64,000 nucleotides of DNA, taken from Ranitomeya imitator (lineage: Eukaryota). Each line of letters starts with the position of its first letter. The stretch's first letter is position 1. This document shows, piece by piece, positions 36,018-48,800 of the stretch. Made by a program: the position numbers and the translations under genes. The stretch is taken from positions 355,446,001 to 355,510,000 of the forward strand of contig NC_091286.1 in the NCBI RefSeq assembly GCF_032444005.1, given 5' to 3'. Below the pieces are notes generated by a model. It was not told the origin of the DNA. It was given only the letters and a program-made list of their open reading frames with translations, and made no database searches.

Positions 36018-39000
36018 TAATGACGGGCGAGCACTAAAATGCTCAGGTGCTCATTGCTCGGGTCGAGCAAATTGAAATGCTCGGGTGCTCCACCCGAGCA
36101 ACGAGCCCAATGTAAATCTATGGGAAACTCAAGCATTTTTACCGCGGCCCACCAGTGGTCTTTATAGGGACTAGAAATTGCGGAAATCAATGGGAACAGT
36201 GCTCAAATGACATGGGAACAGCATGGGGAAGGCCCCTGGAAGCATTTATGATTCCCATGTCACTGCTGTGAACAATGTTGTCAAAGTGTTACGGCACTTT
36301 TCCAGACTCACAATAAGACATACAAAAATTAAACCAAAATTAATTTTCCTGGAAAATATGTTAAGGAACATCCTTTCCAGGGTAATGACTTGTATATAAA
36401 GCAAAACAAATAACCAAAAGCAAGAAACACCTTGGGCTATGTTCACACATAGCATTTTTGATGTGTTTTTGAACTTTAGCATTGCTTTCAACCAAGAAAA
36501 ATGCATTCACTGGGAATGTCATTTTAACATTTTACAACCTTATCTGGCCATGTGGTATGTGACACATCATCAGACTCATCTTGTTTCATTTATGAAGGAG
36601 GGACTATGAAAGTTACAAAGCATATTTTTATAGGGTCATTAGGTGGCCTTTATTATTCTTAAAGGGCCAGCAGTCAGCCCTCACTATTCTTAGAGATCAC
36701 TCAGCCGGCTATGTTTTGTTTTTCCCATTATTAAACAGTAGATCTCCTATACTGTTATTGCGTATACAGTGAGTGGCAGGGCTGCCAAAAATTAGGACAC
36801 AACCCAAAACCCTTTGAAGAGACGTACAGGAGGACCTCCTGAAAACAATGTTCAAATTATTAGGAAGTGGGTCTCCCATACTGTTTGCCTATTCACTGAA
36901 TGCGGGGCCTGCCCAAAATTTTGACGCACCCAAAAACCCCTTAGAAGAGACGTACAGGAGGGCCTCCTGAAAACAATGTTCCCGTTCTTATGAAGTGGGT
37001 TTCCCATACTGTTTGCCTATGCTGTGAATGCAAGAGCTGCCAAAAATTTAGACGCACCCCAATACCCTTTGAAGAGACGTACAGGAGGGCCTTATGAATA
37101 CATTGTTCCCATTAGTAGGAAGTGGGTCTCCCATACTGTTTTCCTATGCAATTAATGCAAGAGCTGCCAAAAATTTTTACGCACCCCATTACCACTTTGA
37201 AGAAAAGTACAAGAAGGCCGCCTGAAAATAATGTTCCCATTCTTAGGAAGTGGGTCTTCCATACTGTTTGCCTATGCAGTGAATGCAAAAGCTGCCAAAA
37301 ATTTTGGAGGCACTACAATGCTCCTTGGAAGAGACGTGGAGGAGAGCCTCATAAAAAATGTTCACATTAGAAAGGAGTGGGTATCTTATACTTGTAGCGT
37401 TCATGCACTAAGTGAATGGGCTGACAAACATTTACCACTGGTGGGTATACATGAACATACTGAATAAAACACTTTTGTTATGGGCATCATAAGCACCCTT
37501 TACAAAAATTATGTGGGTGTTGCATCACGGACTAAGGTCACCCTGGTGATATAGTGACAGAGCAGGCCAGGACCCCCAAAGCATAGTGAGCCACTTCATG
37601 CCACATGTCCAGCTTGGTTACCCAATAGTTATAAGGCACAGAGGATTCACAGAGGACATTGGTATAGTCAGCAAACTACTCGCTCAGCATCTTCCCAAAC
37701 TTTGCACTCCTTGTGAGAGTACCTCGTGCCTCAGGACCTGTGCAATTAGAGGGTCTGAGAAAACTCCCAGAAATTTGCCAGTGTTCCCCTGCTGGATTGG
37801 AGCTGTGTCTCTCTCACCTGTACTCCTTGGTTGTCCAAAGAACTGTGACCTATGCTGCCAGTGTTTTCAGATGGGAATTTTTTTTAACAATTCCGCAAAA
37901 AGGGCCTTCTGGTACTTCCCCATTTTAGTAGACCTGTCCACCTCGAGTATAAGAGGTAGAAAGTTCTCCTTGTAGCATGGGTCTAGAAGTGTCACCAACC
38001 AGTAATGACTGTCACATAAAATTTTGAGAGTGCAAGGGTCGCGGTCAAGGCAGCGTAATAAACTCAGCCATGCATGCCAGACTGCTAACAGGCCCAACTT
38101 CCATGTACTCACCAAGAGGATAACTAGCAATGCTTTCCCCCTCCTCCTCATCCCTGTCCTCAGGCCATCCATGCTGAACAGACGATATGACAGATGGGCA
38201 GGTAGTACCATCTACAGCTCATAAAACTAGCTCATGTTCTTCCTCCTCCTTTTCCTAATTGTGACCCAATACAAATTGGGATGAGATGAGGCTGGGCTGT
38301 GTGTAATCTCCCTGTATGGTTCCTTGCTCCATCTCATCGTGCTCTTCCTGCAATGCATCCTCTTTTATTGTGAGCAGAGAGTGTTTTAGAAGACAGAGAA
38401 GTAGGATGGTGACGTTAATTATGGCATCATCGCTGCTCTCCTCTTGGTAGAGTCCTCAAAATTTTGGAGGATGGTACATATGTCTGACATCCATGTCCAC
38501 TCCTGAGGTCTTATGTGTGAAGTCTGAGCTGAATACAGATGGCCTTGTTGATACTGGTAGTCAACAACTGCCCTATTCTGCTCACAAATCATTCTCAACA
38601 TCAGCAGTGTAGAGTTCCAATGCATAGGGCCATCACACCAGTTGGTGAGCCGGAAGCTGAAAATGTAGCTGAAGCACAGCAAGAGCGGCTGAAGCTGTAG
38701 CTGACTTTCTAAAATGGGCACACAGGTGGTGTACTTTGACAAGCAGATCTGGCAGCTCTGGGTAGGTTTTGAGAAACCGCTGAACCACGAGGTTAAGCAT
38801 ATGGGCCAGGCATTGTACATGCGTGAGCTTGCCTTGCCTTAGAGCCACCACCAGGTTATAGCCATTGTCACACATGACCATGCCTGGCTGTAAGTTTAGT
38901 GGTGTTAGCCACAGATCTGCCTGCTCTTTCTGAACTGTCCACAACTCTTGAGCATTATGTTGTTTGTGACCGAAGCATATTAGATTCAGCACAGCTTGAT

Positions 39001-39790
39001 GCCGCTTGGCTGAGGCAGTACTTCCAGCTTGTGACTGATGTGGTCATATTGGAAATGGAGGAGGAGGATGAGGTGCAGGAGCTGCAAACTGAGGAGACAA
39101 CTCTGATTGACCTAGGGCCTGCAATCCTCAGCATCGGGAGGACGTGTTCCATCCCAAGGTCCAACTGGGTCCCGGCTTCCACTATGTTAACCCAGTGTGC
39201 CGTCAGCGAGATGTACCGTCCCTGCCCACAAGCACTTGTCCATGTGTCCGTGGTAGGTGGACTTTCCCAGTAACTACATTGTTGAGCGCACGACTAATGT
39301 TGTGGGACACGTGCTTGTGTAATGCGGGACGGCACACCAGGAGAAACAGTGACGACTGGGGACTGAATACTGAGGGACGGTCGCTGCCATCAGTTTCCGT
39401 CTCCACGGGCTTAAAAGGCAATGTTTCAAGTGCAAGCAGTCGTGAAATGTGTGAATTTAGTAACGTGGCCTGTGGGGTGTTGGCTGTGTATTTGTGCTTG
39501 CATTCCAAGGACTGGGGTATGGATAACTGAACGCTGCGCTGGGACAAGGACGTGGACATGCTTCATGATGGTGCTAGTTGAGTGTGTGCAATAACAGGTG
39601 CAGGGCAGGAAGCATATTCGCATGCACCATGGACAGAAGATTGGCTTGAGAGGATTGGCTTGCATGCACAACAGCAGAAGAAGCAGTGGTGTCACCAGCA
39701 GGCACTGTTCCTGGAACCTGGGGTTCAGCCCACTAAGTCAGGTGCTTTGCTGCCATGTGCCTGATTATGCTGGTGGTGGTCAGGCTGGTA
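36018..39790 (-). mobile_element. Degenerate hAT (BED/ZBED-type) transposon with fragmented transposase
   Basis: End taatgacgggcgagcac resembles TAG(T/G)GATGxGCGA hAT ends. ORF fragments CLAHMLNLVVQRFLKTYPEL, HWNSTL and LLDPCYK are homologous to the 58887 transposase. Confidence 0.85.
36770..37340. repeat. ~127-bp tandem array (about 5 units) in the subterminal region of the degenerate hAT
   Basis: agagacgtacagga...aatgttccc...gaagtgggt...ccatactgtttgcctat recurs at ~127-130 nt spacing. Confidence 0.85.
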
Positions 39791-42379
39791 GTTTTGTTAG
39801 TTTTGGAGCTTGGGTTTCCTATTTTTTCTGACCCTATCAAAGCCTCTGCCTTTAGTATTGTTTGTTGAAAGTACAGTTCCCATTTAAAAAGTTGTAACTT
39901 TCTATAAAATTATATTCAGTAATGGACTAGGTATCTATAGATAATACTGGTTTATCTCAAAATTAAAAATGATTTCTATGGAATGATGGTGGAGAGTTGA
40001 CATAAAATAAATATATATGTTTAATTTCTGAAAATATAACTATTTCATTAGTGTATAATCACTTCATCTTTTTCTTGTGGAAGTCTTGCTGTTATTCATT
40101 ATTTGGTTAAGATGTATTATTCCGCTGTATTGGTTTTAATAAAGAAAATTATACAGTCATATAGATGTACTGGAACAGCATACATTACACAGGCAGTGCG
40201 AAATTCACTGCTGCTTAAAATAATAGGTTATACCATGTGGACCAGCATTGCATTCATCGCTTAATCCCATTGTGAAAGTAAAAATGAAATAAATTGTATT
40301 ATTTGCCAAGATGTTTTATTAATGTATCATCTTCCAAATGAATAATTATTACATAAAGCATTGATATTTTAGAATGACAGAATACAGGGTTTTTGCTAGT
40401 ATTTTAAGAATTTTTGGAGGATCTTTAAGTCCTCTTTTTGTGCTACATTTGTTTAGTGCTTTTACACAATAAAAACTATTTCATAGAAAAAAATAATTAT
40501 TTTTGCTTCACATTATTCACAGAGCTATAACTTTTTTACTTTTCCGCTGACGTAGCTTTACTGCAGCTTGTTTTTTGCTGGACAAGATGATGTTTTCATG
40601 CATAGTATTTTTATTTACATTTGTGTTTTTGATCGCGTTTTATTCCACTTTTTGTTCAGTGATATGATGATAGAACATTGTTTTTTGCTTTGTTTTGTTT
40701 TTTGCGATGTTTAATAATGGAGTTAACTAGTGGGAAAGTTTGTTTTATAGGTCGGGTCAGTCCAGTACCAAATATGTGTACTTTTCTTATTTATTTTTGT
40801 TTTTACATAAAAAAAAATGTATTTATTGCATTCATATTTTTCCTTTTAGAATGTATTTTGTGAATAGTTTAAAAAAATATTTTTAAAATTTGTAATATTT
40901 TTTTTTTTTACTTTCTTTGCTCTAATTGCTGATCTACTCTGCAATGCTTTTGCTCTGCAGGACATTATATCAGTGCCTCCGTGACAGGGAGTAGGCGTGC
41001 CAGATCCTGCTCTGAGCAGGAGCTTACAGGCCACCATCCCTGGGTGACCTTCGCATTGTGAAAATGGGAGCAAAGAGGTAGATCCCTCCATGTGAAATGC
41101 ACATCAATGTCGCTGTCACTATTGACGGCGGCATCAGAGGTGTTAAAGGCTCTGATCGTGGGCATTGCTGCAGGGTGTCAGCTTTCACATTGTATCTGAT
41201 GCATCTGATGACTGGTTAAGTTTTACCTGTCATGAGCTTCGGTAATCATGAATGTCTGAGTCACCAATCATGAAAATTAAAGGTCCACAGCCCTTGTGTA
41301 GTTTTTTCATTGTACAGGGAACTTTAAGACAGATTGTTTCAAAGTGTCCCTGTATAGCTGTTTGAACTGGTGGTGACTTAGAGCACTGCTTCAAATAGGG
41401 CTATTCTGCAGCTGCCATCACAGCCGATGGTTGTAATTGCCATTGTGCCGAGATGCCAATGCTGATGTCCTTTGGATGCTTAACTACGAATGTGATTGGG
41501 GTAAGCTTCCAACAAGCATTTCTAATTACATTTATGCTTTAGACTTTCACTCTATAAATACAACAATGTAAAAAGCGATCACTTTAGTATGTGAGCTGAT
41601 CTTTATAGGTCTGGCGCATGAGAGTCGTTTCAGTTTGCCATCTGTTGATCATTTTCCCTGTGGCACCAATATTAGATATCAGAATTGTCTAAATGATTAC
41701 AAGTTGGTGATAAACTACTATTGTAATCCGAAGCAAAGTCAGGAATACGAGCAGTGAGGTAATAATGGCTAAGTGTTTTTTTTTTAATCCCTACCAACTG
41801 TTAACCTATCCTGTTTTAAGGCCCAAAATAAAGGGCCAAGAGTCTGGACAGTTGATTTAAAAATGTGATAGTCTGATAGTAAAAAGTCTGAACAAAAAAC
41901 TGCAGAGTAAAGAGGCTACAAGAGTCTATGATGAACTGCAACTCATTTACTGCAGATCTAGAAATCTCCTGAGCCGTGGGGCTGAGTCTGATATTGCAGC
42001 TCAACTCTTTTCTTAAAGTGGTGGTCCGGCACCTAATATGTACTTACTATCCATCTGTACATCCTAACCACTTTTGTAATGAGCTTTATTACACAACACC
42101 CTACGCTTCTACCTCTCTACCTAATCTCTAAATGATTTTTTTTTATTGTACTTCATGTGACGTTTCGTTTGAGAGGAGTCTCAAACATGACTTCACAGGA
42201 GGCTGGAGAACATTTACCAATGCATCCTGGCCTGGATGTCTTCCTGGAGCAGAACAATATTATATCATACAATCATTAGGTTCTGTAGAAGGACGTAGAT
42301 CTGGGGATTTATTATGATGGAATATAGGCTAAACTGGATGGACAAATGTCTTTTTTCGGCCTTACTAAATATGTTACTA

Positions 42380-42960
42380 TGTTACTATGTTACTATCCTC
42401 ATTTTATTTTCAAGAAGGCCCACATCTTAGGAGTATCATTGCCCCTTCAATTCATGAAACCCTGGCTGATAGGAAAGAAGGTATATCCCCTTTAACTTTT
42501 AAAGGTTTTTTTTCCCATGTAAAAAATGCTGAGTGTGCCAATCGATGCATGCTCAAAAACGAGTGGGATTCTGCAAGGGAGACGTCCAATTCACTAATTC
42601 CAGTCCATTTAACGTGCACCACAAAAGGTGTCATTTGTTGATTGAAATGTTCAAGTAATAAAATATAAATTGAACGCATCAAGCGGTCTGAATAAACAAA
42701 TTGGTGAATATGCCTAAAATAAAAAATCAGTTCCAAAGCCATCCCCTATCAAAGCACTTTGCAGAGAAACATGGAGGTTTTCTTTGTGGTACAGAAGTAT
42801 GGGGTATACAAAAGGTTCAGAAACACTGGAGGGGGGGAACTATGTTAGACCTATGTCCCATATTGAGAGCTAGTGAATATTTGTCTGAAGGATGACAGCT
42901 GTTTTGCGGATCTGGATCTGTGGTAGCGCATGTAGCGCGAAACAGCTGTCATCCTTCAGA
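42380..42960 (+). pseudogene. Degenerate Penelope-like GIY-YIG endonuclease region followed by a terminal hairpin
   Basis: TCTTKGVIC*LKC...IGE, HPLSKHFAEKH and GIQKVQKHWRGG motifs across broken frames. Upstream 41690-42380 may be RT remnant (weak). Confidence 0.75.
42914..42954 (+). ncRNA. Minimal type I hammerhead ribozyme relic (two core substitutions)
   Basis: ggat|ctgtggt|a|gcgc-atgta-gcgc|gaaac-agct-gtc|atcc: stem I GGAU/AUCC, stem II GCGC/GCGC, 2-bp stem III with palindromic AGCU loop, GUC site. Core CUGUGGU instead of CUGANGA. Confidence 0.7.
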
Positions 42961-43505
42961 CATCATGTTCTCCCTGTCCATGTCCTTGTCAAAATAAAGA
43001 CTTTTTACAGCATTGGGTTTGGTGAGTGCTAACCACTTTTTTTCTTTTGCTTTTGAATTATATATCTTTTTGGTTGAGCACCCCTTATACCCATGCATTG
43101 AGTAGGAGGTATAGGGGCTGGTACAGCATATTGTAGCACGCCAATAAGTGATCGCGAATGACAGCAGTGCGGGTATACTTTGTTTCATCTTTTTTTGGAC
43201 TTGATAGTCATTAGCGATCTGTACTTGCCTCGACATTGTGATGTCACTCGCCTTTCCTCTGTTTGGATCTTCTGCCAGCTGGCCTTCCCTGCGATCGGAG
43301 CTCCTATCTCTTGCTTTCTCTGGGAAGAAAGACATTTCCACAGCAAGTATTAATTTCCTTGCCTAATGGGCTTAGACTGTCATCAAGAGGTACTTATTCA
43401 AGTTTATTCCTTGAAGACAAAGACTCTTTTTTACATCAGACCTATTCATACATGTACTACACACATGTTAATTACCTGCTGCTTATATATTTTTTTTTTA
43501 AATTA

Positions 43506-44163
43506 CCGTACATACTTGAGAATAAGCTGACCTGAGTATAAGCCGAGGCACCTAAATTTGCCAAGAAAAACTGGAAAAACTTATTGACTCGCGTAGAAGC
43601 CGGGTATGCATTCCCTATCCTGGTATGCATGGCTCTCCATCCCTGTCCTTGCATGCATGGCTCCCTTTCCCTTTAAGCTTCATGGCTCCTTATAGCTGTC
43701 CTTGTATGCATGACTCCTTATCCCCTATCCTTGTATGCATGGCTCCCCATCCCTGTCCTTGTATGCATGGCTCCCCTTCCCTGTATGCATAGCTCCCCAT
43801 CCCTGTCCTTGTATGCATGGCTCCCCATCCCTGTCCTTATATGCATGTCTCCCCTTCCCTGTATGCATGGCTCCCCATCCCTGTCTTTATATGCATGACT
43901 CCTTATCCCCATCCTTGTATGCATGGTTCCTATAAAAAAAACAGATCCTACTTACCTTCCCTGCGTGCCCTCGCTGCATCTCGTTCCGGTGCCAGCAGCT
44001 CTTCCTGACGATGAATCACCGGCTTCTGCCTCTGGGACCCACTGCTTCGCTGCTCCCTCTCCCCGCCATCTTTCTGGGACAATGACTAGTGTACAAACTG
44101 TCGGGGGAATTTTCAGCACAAAAAAAGTGCTGAAAAACTCGGCTTATACACGAGTATATATGG
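43506..44163. mobile_element. pogo/Tigger-like MITE with internal ~24-28-nt minisatellite (43620-43925)
   Basis: TA-ccgtacatacttgagaataagc / gcttatacacgagtatatatgg-TA termini. Repeats of gtatgcatggctccccatccctgtcctt. Confidence 0.75.
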
Positions 44164-44216
44164 TATACATTTATTTACTAACTTTCAAGTAATAAAAAAA
44201 AATTATTTTATATATA

Positions 44217-45210
44217 AGTGCATCTCACAAAATTAGAATATCATAAAAAGTTAATTTATTTCAGTTCTTCAATACAAAAAGTGAAACTCGTATATTAGAT
44301 AGACTCATTACAGAGTGATCTATTTCAAGTGTCTATTTCTGTTAATGTTGATGATTATGGCTTACAGCCAATGAAAACCCAAAAGTCATTATCTCAGTTA
44401 ATTAGAATATATTATAACACCAGCTTGACAAAATGATTTTAAAGTTTGAAATGTTGGCCTACTGAAATGTATATTTATTAAATGCACTCAATACTTGGTT
44501 GGGGCTCCTTTTGCATCAATTACTGCATCAAAGCGGCGTGGCATGGAGACGATTAGTCTATAGCACTGCTGAGGTGTTATGGAAGCTCAGGTTGCTTTGA
44601 TAGCAGCCTTCAGCTCATCTGCATTGTTGGGTCTGGTGTCTCTCATCTTCCTATTGACAATACCCCATAGATTCTCTATGGGGTTAAGGTCAGATGAATT
44701 TGCTGGACAATCAAGCACAGTGATACTGTTGTTTTTAAGCCAAGAATTGGTACTTTTGGCAGTATTGACTGGTACTAAGTCCTGCTGGACAATGACATTT
44801 CAATCTCCAAAAAGCTTGTCAGCAGAGGGAAGCATGAAGTGCTCTAAAATACAGTGTACCTACACAAGCAGATGACCTGACTTCCAAAACCATCATTGAT
44901 TGTGGTTACTTCCCACTAGGTTTTGGAAATCAAGGCTCCAGAGTCTGAAGGAAGAGTGTAGAGCCATACAATCCAAGCTGTTTGAGGTCTAGTGTGAAGT
45001 TTCCACAATCAATGATGGTTTGGGGAGCCATGTCATCTGCTGGAGTAGGTACACTGTGTTTTAGCAAGTCCAAAGTCAGCACAGCCATCCACCAGGAAAT
45101 GTTATAGCAGTTTATGCTTCCCTCTGCAGACAAGCTTTTTGGAGATGGCAATTTCATTCTCCAGCAGCAATAGGCACCTGTCCACACTGCCAAAAGTACC
45201 AATACCTTGT
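44217..45210. mobile_element. Rearranged Tc1 relic: TIR plus minus-strand transposase C-terminus, then an inverted plus-strand DDE fragment
   Basis: Minus 44480-44930 gives ILEHFMLPSADKLFGD...[10 protein letters not shown]...MPRRFDAVIDAKGAPT. Plus 44950-45205 gives SSVKFPQSMMVWGAMSSAGVG...FMLPSADKLFGDGNF. Confidence 0.8.
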
Positions 45211-45399
45211 TTATAACATTACACACCGGACAATCTTCAGAAGTGGCACCCAAATCACCCTTGTTTCCCCTCTGTGTCAAAATTTTCCAAATTCCCAACT
45301 GACTATGGTGAACCTCAGAGCTGTTTACACATTCTATTCCATGATCATCAGACATCTTCTCTGAAGAATCACAGAATCCTGCTCGATCAACATGCCTTA

Positions 45400-45595
45400 G
45401 GCCGGGATCACACATGCGAGAAATACATCCGAGTCTCGCATGGTAATCCCCGGCCCTGCCGCCTGTACTCTGGAGCAGAGTGTGCGGCCGCATAGCAATA
45501 CATGGAGCCGCACGCTTCGCTCCTGAGTGTCGGATGCAGGGCCAGGGATTACCATATGAGACTCAGACGTATTTCTCACATGTGTGATCCCGGCC
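45400..45595. mobile_element. PIF/Harbinger-type MITE
   Basis: TIRs ggccgggatcacacatgcgagaaatac / gtatttctcacatgtgtgatcccggcc, preceded by TTA. Confidence 0.75.
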
Positions 45596-45891
45596 TACGT
45601 GTGAGAATCTCACTGCAATAAAATGTGGACTAGCGGGCCTCGCCAACCACTGGCTGTCGATTCAACCCCATCAGCTGCTTCCTCCTCCTTCACCATTCCA
45701 AATCTTCACACACAGGTCAGCGGCCACAGAACCTACAATTGTTAGCCCACCACAGTTGGAACATCTCCGCCTGCACCTAACTCACAGTCCAGCAGTTTGT
45801 CCTGTTCTCCATACTATGCTCTTTCAACACAGCAGCCAGCCCTCGGTCACACAGTTGTGGTCACATAAAAGAATGTTTCCTCCTACACATG

Positions 45892-48800
45892 TGTTGTGAA
45901 TTCTGTTTTCGAACTCCCTCCTGTGGTCATGAATGGTACTTCGGCGAGTTCTGTCCATGAACTCCCTCTGGTGGCTGTGAGTGGAGCTGCTGCTTCTGAG
46001 GTTCCTTCCACAGGTGACGTAGTTTATTCTTTGGCTGGCTGTTCTATTTAACTCCACTCAGATCGTTACTCCATGCCAGCTGTCAATGTTCTAGTACTGA
46101 TTCAGTTCGCTCTTGGATCTTTCTGGTGACCTGTCTACTCCAGCAGAAACTAAGTCCTTGCTGGCTAATTATTTGTTCATTGTTTCCTTGTCCAGTTGGC
46201 TATCATGATTTTGTCTTGCTAGCTGGAAGCTCTGGGATGCAGAGTGGCACCTCCGCACCGTGAGTCGGTGCGGAGGTCTTTTTTTTGCACACTTTGCGTG
46301 GTTTTTTGTAGTTTTTTGTGCTGACCGCAAAGATACCTTTTCTATCCTCAGTCTGTTTAGTAAGTCTGGCCTCCCTTTGCTGAAACCTGTTTCATCTCTG
46401 TGTTTGTGACTTTCATCTTAACTCACAGTCAATATATGTGGGGGGCTGCCTTTTCCTTTGGGAAATTTCTCTGAGGCAAGGTAGGCTTTATTTTCTATCT
46501 CTAGGGCTAGTTAGCTCTTAGGCTGTGAAGAGGCGTCTAGGTCGTGTTAGGTACACTCCACGGCTATTTCTAGTTGTGTGACAGGATTAGGGGTTGTGGT
46601 CAGCAGAGTTCCCACTTCCCAGAGCTTGTCCTGTGTGAGTTTAACCATCAGGTCATTCCGGGTGCTCTTAACCACCAGGTCCATAACAGTACAGCTGGCC
46701 CAAAGTATTAATGCATCTCAATAGAGGGATAAGAGAAGTTCTGAGACCATTTTTTTTTCTCTGCAGTGTTTTTTGTCTATCTTTTCCCCTTAACCTCTGG
46801 GTGGTTCAGAACACAGGTGTAGATACATTCAAGATTTTGTGGTTCAGAATCCGATGTTAGAGCCTAGAATTCCAGTTCCTGATTTGTTTTCTGGGGATAG
46901 ATCTAAATACCTGAATTTCAAAAATAATTGTAAACTGTTTCTAGCTTTGAAAACCCGCTCCTCTATTAACCCCGTTCAACAAGTAAAAATCATTATTTCT
47001 TTGTTGCGTGGTGACCCTCAAGACTGGGCATTTTCCCTTGCGCCAGGAGATCCTGCATTGCGTGATGTTAATGCGTTTTTTCTGGCGTTTGGATTGCTTT
47101 ATGATGAACCAAATTCAGTGGATCAGGCAGAGAAAATCTTGCTGGCTTTGTGTCAGGGTCAGGATGAAGCGGAGGTGTACTGTCAGAAGTTTAGAAAGTG
47201 GTCTGTGCTTACTCAGTGGAATGAGTGTGCCCTGGTGGCAATTTTCAGAAAGGGTCTTTCTGAAGCCCTTAAGGATGTCATGGTGGGATTTCCCACGCCT
47301 GCTGGTCTGAATGAGTCTATGTCCTTGGCCATTCAGATCGATCGGCGCTTGCGTGAGCGCAAAGCTGTGCACCATTTGGCGGTATTCTCTGAGCATAGGC
47401 CTGAGCCTATGCAATGTGATAGGACTTTGACCAGAGCGGAACGGCAAGAACACAGACGTCGGAATGGGCTGTGTTTTTACTGTGGTGATTCCACTCATGC
47501 TATCTCCGATTGTCCTAAGCGCACTAAGCGGTTCGCTAGGTCTGCCACCATTGGTACGGTACAGTCTAAATTTCTTTTGTCCGTTACTCTGATTTGCTCT
47601 CTGTCGTCCTATTCTGTTATGGCATTTGTGGATTCAGGCGCTGCCCTGAATTTGATGGACTTGGAGTTTGCCAGGCGCTGTGTTTTTTTCTTGGAGCCCT
47701 TGCAGTATCCTATTCCATTGAGAGGAATAGATGCTACGCCTTTGGCCAAGAATAAGCCTCAATACTGGACTCAATTGACCATGTGTATGGCTCCTGCACA
47801 TCAGGAGCATATTTGCTTATTGGTGTTGCATAATCTGCATGATGTGGTCGTTTTGGGGTTGCCATGGCTACAGGTCCATAATCCAGTATTGGATTGGAAA
47901 TTTATGTCTGTGTCCGGCTGGGGTTGTCAGGGGGTACATGGTGATGTTCCATTGCTGTCAATTGCGCCTTCCACTCCTTCTGAAGTCCCTGAGTTTTTGT
48001 CAGATTACCGGGATGTATTTGAAGAGCCCAAATCCGGTGCTTTACCTCCTCATAGGGATTGCGATTGTGCTATTAATTTGATTCCTGGTAGTTAGTTTCC
48101 TAAGGGCCGACTGTTTAATTTATCTGTGCCAGAGCATGCCGCTATGCGGAGTTATATAAAGGAATCCTTGGAAAAAGGTCATATTCGCCCGTCGTCATCA
48201 CCGTTGGGAGCAGGGTTCTTTTTTGTGGCCAAGAAGGATGGCTCTTTGAGACCTTGTATTGATTACCGCCTTCTTAATAAGATCACAGTCAAATTTCAGT
48301 ACCCTTTGCCGCTGCTGTCTGATTTGTTTGCTCGGATTAAGGGGGCTAGTTGGTTCACCAAGATAGATCTTCGAGGGGTGTATAATCTTGTGCGAATTAA
48401 ACAGGGCGATGAATGGAAAACAGCATTTAATACGCCCGAGGGCCATTTTGAGTACCTGGTTTTGCCATTCGGGCTTTCTAATGCTCCATCTGTGTTTCAG
48501 TCCTTTATGCATGACATCTTCCGTGAGTACCTGGATAGATTCATGATTGTATATTTGGATGATATTTTGGTCTTTTCGGATGATTGGGAGTCTCATGTGA
48601 AGCAGGTCAGAATGGTGCTCCAGGTCCTTCGTGCGAATTCCTTGTTTGTGAAGGGGTCAAAATGTCTCTTTGGGGTTCAGAAGGTTTCATTTTTGGGTTT
48701 CATTTTTTCCCCTTCTACTATCGAGATGGGCCCTGTTAAAGTTCATGCCATTTATGATTGGACTCAGCCGACATCTGTGAAGAGCCTGCAGAAGTTCCTG

